Source of the DNA: Candidatus Saccharimonadota bacterium
GTDB lineage: Bacteria > Pseudomonadota > Gammaproteobacteria > Enterobacterales > Enterobacteriaceae
Direction of reading: 5' to 3'
DNA length: 32,000 nucleotides
Assembly: GCA_045690015.1 (NCBI GenBank)
Contig: CP145877.1
Span: forward strand, 300,001 to 332,000
Shown one piece after another: positions 30,477 through 32,000 of this stretch. Made by a program: the position numbers and the translations under genes. The notes under the pieces are model-generated. The model searched no databases. It was not told the origin of the DNA and saw only the letters and a list, made by a program, of their open reading frames with translations. Every line of letters starts with the position of its first letter. Positions within the stretch are counted from its first letter, which is position 1.

Positions 30477-30725
30477 TTAACTTTTAACCTTTCGATATAT
30501 CCATAAAATAATAACAGCACCTATTATTGCTACCATAAAACTTCCAAAATTAAATCCATCTACCTTTCCAAAGCCTAATAAGATACTAATCCAACCTCCT
30601 AATACTGCACCTATAATTCCTAAAAGAGTAGTAATTATAATACCACCATTATCTTTACCTGGCATAAACCACTTTGCTAGCATGCCAACTATTAATCCAA
30701 AGAAGATCCAAGATAGAATTCCCAT
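30477..30725 (-). CDS. yeaQ: GlsB/YeaQ/YmgE-family small integral membrane stress protein (82 aa)
   Basis: MGILSWIFFGLIVGMLAKWFMPGKDNGGIIITTLLGIIGAVLGGWISILLGFGKVDGFNFGSFMVAIIGAVIILWIYRKVKS has the same length as E. coli YeaQ and is very similar to it as recalled (MGILSWIIFGLIAGILAKWIMPGKDGGGF...GFGKVDGFNFGSF...IYRKIKS). SD AGGAGA lies upstream. Confidence 0.85.
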   Translation of the reverse strand: MGILSWIFFGLIVGMLAKWFMPGKDNGGIIITTLLGIIGAVLGGWISILLGFGKVDGFNFGSFMVAIIGAVIILWIYRKVKS

Positions 30726-30946
30726 GATTATCTCCTAGTTTACTTAGCTTACTGATTATTCGATTTAGGTTAAAATCCAACTAATATAATAGTTTATGTG
30801 TTTCCACCTACCTATAATAGCATGCAAAAATCAATCTATGGCAATAATAAATATAGTTATTTTATGACATACCAATTAAAATCATAAGATGATTCTATCA
30901 TGCTTTTAATATTTCAAAGGTTAAATATTCTATTCATGAGTATACT

Positions 30947-32000
30947 ATGTCTTTAAATAAAAATAAAAGAGTTATAATAGCAATGTCAGGTGGTGTTGAT
31001 TCTAGTGTGGCAGCATTACTTTTAAAAAATCAGTTTCAGGTTGAAGGATTATTTATGAAAAATTGGGAGGAGGATGATAATGAATCTTATTGTCAATCTA
31101 TACAAGATTTAGCAGATGCTCAAGCAGTATGTGATCAGTTAGATATTAAATTGCATAAAATAAATTTTTCAGCCGAGTATTGGGACAATGTCTTTCAGTA
31201 TTTTTTAGAAGAATATAAGATAGGACGTACACCAAATCCAGATATCCTATGTAATAAAAAAATCAAGTTTGATATTTTTATGGATTTTTGTTTGCAAGAT
31301 CTTAAGGCAGATTTTATTGCTACAGGACATTATGTACGCAAATCAAATATTAATGATCAGAATCGATTATTACGTGCAATAGATAAAAATAAAGATCAAA
31401 GCTATTTTCTATACACTTTAAATCAAAAACAGTTGAAAAATACCATTTTTCCTCTAGGTAAACTTACTAAAACGGAAGTTCGACGTATAGCTAATCAATA
31501 CAATTTAATTACCTCAAAGAAAAAGGATTCTACAGGAATTTGTTTTATTGGTAAAAGAAAATTTAGAAATTTTCTTAATCGTTATTTACCAAATAAACCA
31601 GGAAATATTGTAACTATTAATGGAAATATTATTGGTCGACATCAAGGAATTATGTATCATACCATAGGGCAACGTAAAGGTTTAGGAATTGGTGGAATTA
31701 AAAATTCAATTAATGCTCCATGGTATGTAGTAAATAAAGATCTCAAAAAAAATCTATTGATTGTTGCGCAAGGATATGATAATCCACATTTGATGTCAAA
31801 GGGAATGATTGTAGACCAACTTCATTGGTATGATTTAAAATCATTAAATAAAGAAATATACTGTACAGTAAAAACTCGTTATCGTCAAACTGATATCCCC
31901 TGTATTATTACTCCTAAAAAGGATCTAACTAAAATTACAGTAAAATTAATTATACCGATAACTGCTGTTACTCCAGGTCAATCAGCTGTTTTTTATCATG
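30947..32000 (+). CDS. mnmA: tRNA-specific 2-thiouridylase MnmA, N-terminal ~351 codons (3' end beyond the window)
   Basis: Absent from the ORF track because it has no stop within the window. From ATG 30947 it reads [44 protein letters not shown]...[48 protein letters not shown]. The PP-loop SGGVDSS and the MnmA signature are present, and the frame stays open to the window end. Confidence 0.9.
   Translation, partial: MSLNKNKRVIIAMSGGVDSSVAALLLKNQFQVEGLFMKNWEEDDNESYCQSIQDLADAQAVCDQLDIKLHKINFSAEYWDNVFQYFLEEYKIGRTPNPDILCNKKIKFDIFMDFCLQDLKADFIATGHYVRKSNINDQNRLLRAIDKNKDQSYFLYTLNQKQLKNTIFPLGKLTKTEVRRIANQYNLITSKKKDSTGICFIGKRKFRNFLNRYLPNKPGNIVTINGNIIGRHQGIMYHTIGQRKGLGIGGIKNSINAPWYVVNKDLKKNLLIVAQGYDNPHLMSKGMIVDQLHWYDLKSLNKEIYCTVKTRYRQTDIPCIITPKKDLTKITVKLIIPITAVTPGQSAVFYH

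Overview
This is an AT-rich (about 30% G+C by eye), very gene-dense window. Its gene content and order are those of a reduced-genome gammaproteobacterium of the Enterobacterales type, probably an insect-endosymbiont-like lineage; I cannot name the organism from the sequence alone. I can support 28 protein-coding genes, all core housekeeping: folD, lgt, thyA, recC, rplS-trmD-rimM-rpsP, ffh, gshA, csrA, alaS, recA, mutS, rpoS, ispF-ispD, eno, pyrG, pyrB, prmC-prfA, ispE-prs, pth, ychF, yeaQ, mnmA. Three of these are missing from the ORF track: folD and mnmA run off the window edges, and csrA is short. There are also three tRNAs (Arg-UCU, Arg-ACG, Ser-GCU), one GC-rich bidirectional terminator, one eroded nlpD remnant and a few promoter-like elements. 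Every ORF of 60 aa or more that is not antisense to a conserved gene has a clear housekeeping identity. I see no mobile element, CRISPR array, toxin/defence module or orphan gene cluster, so I do not find a candidate novel system and will not invent one. The window reads as blocks syntenic with E. coli, mainly its 2.74-2.97 Mb region plus smaller blocks from elsewhere, joined by large deletions and a few inversions. The observations most worth a second look are six. (1) An nlpD pseudogene remains recognisable only at its 3' end, where it coincides with the rpoS leader, next to a highly conserved rpoS. (2) An 11-mer, ATTGATATAAT, occurs three times in direct and inverted orientation, carrying extended -10 promoter motifs, between folD and tRNA-Arg(UCU). 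(3) recA uses a GTG start, lacks the acidic C-terminal tail, and recX is deleted. (4) recC lacks its usual ptrA-recB-recD neighbours. (5) pyrB lacks pyrI and the attenuator. (6) There are locus-level losses of hemA/lolB and ftsB. Comparisons with E. coli sequences come from memory and need real alignments.
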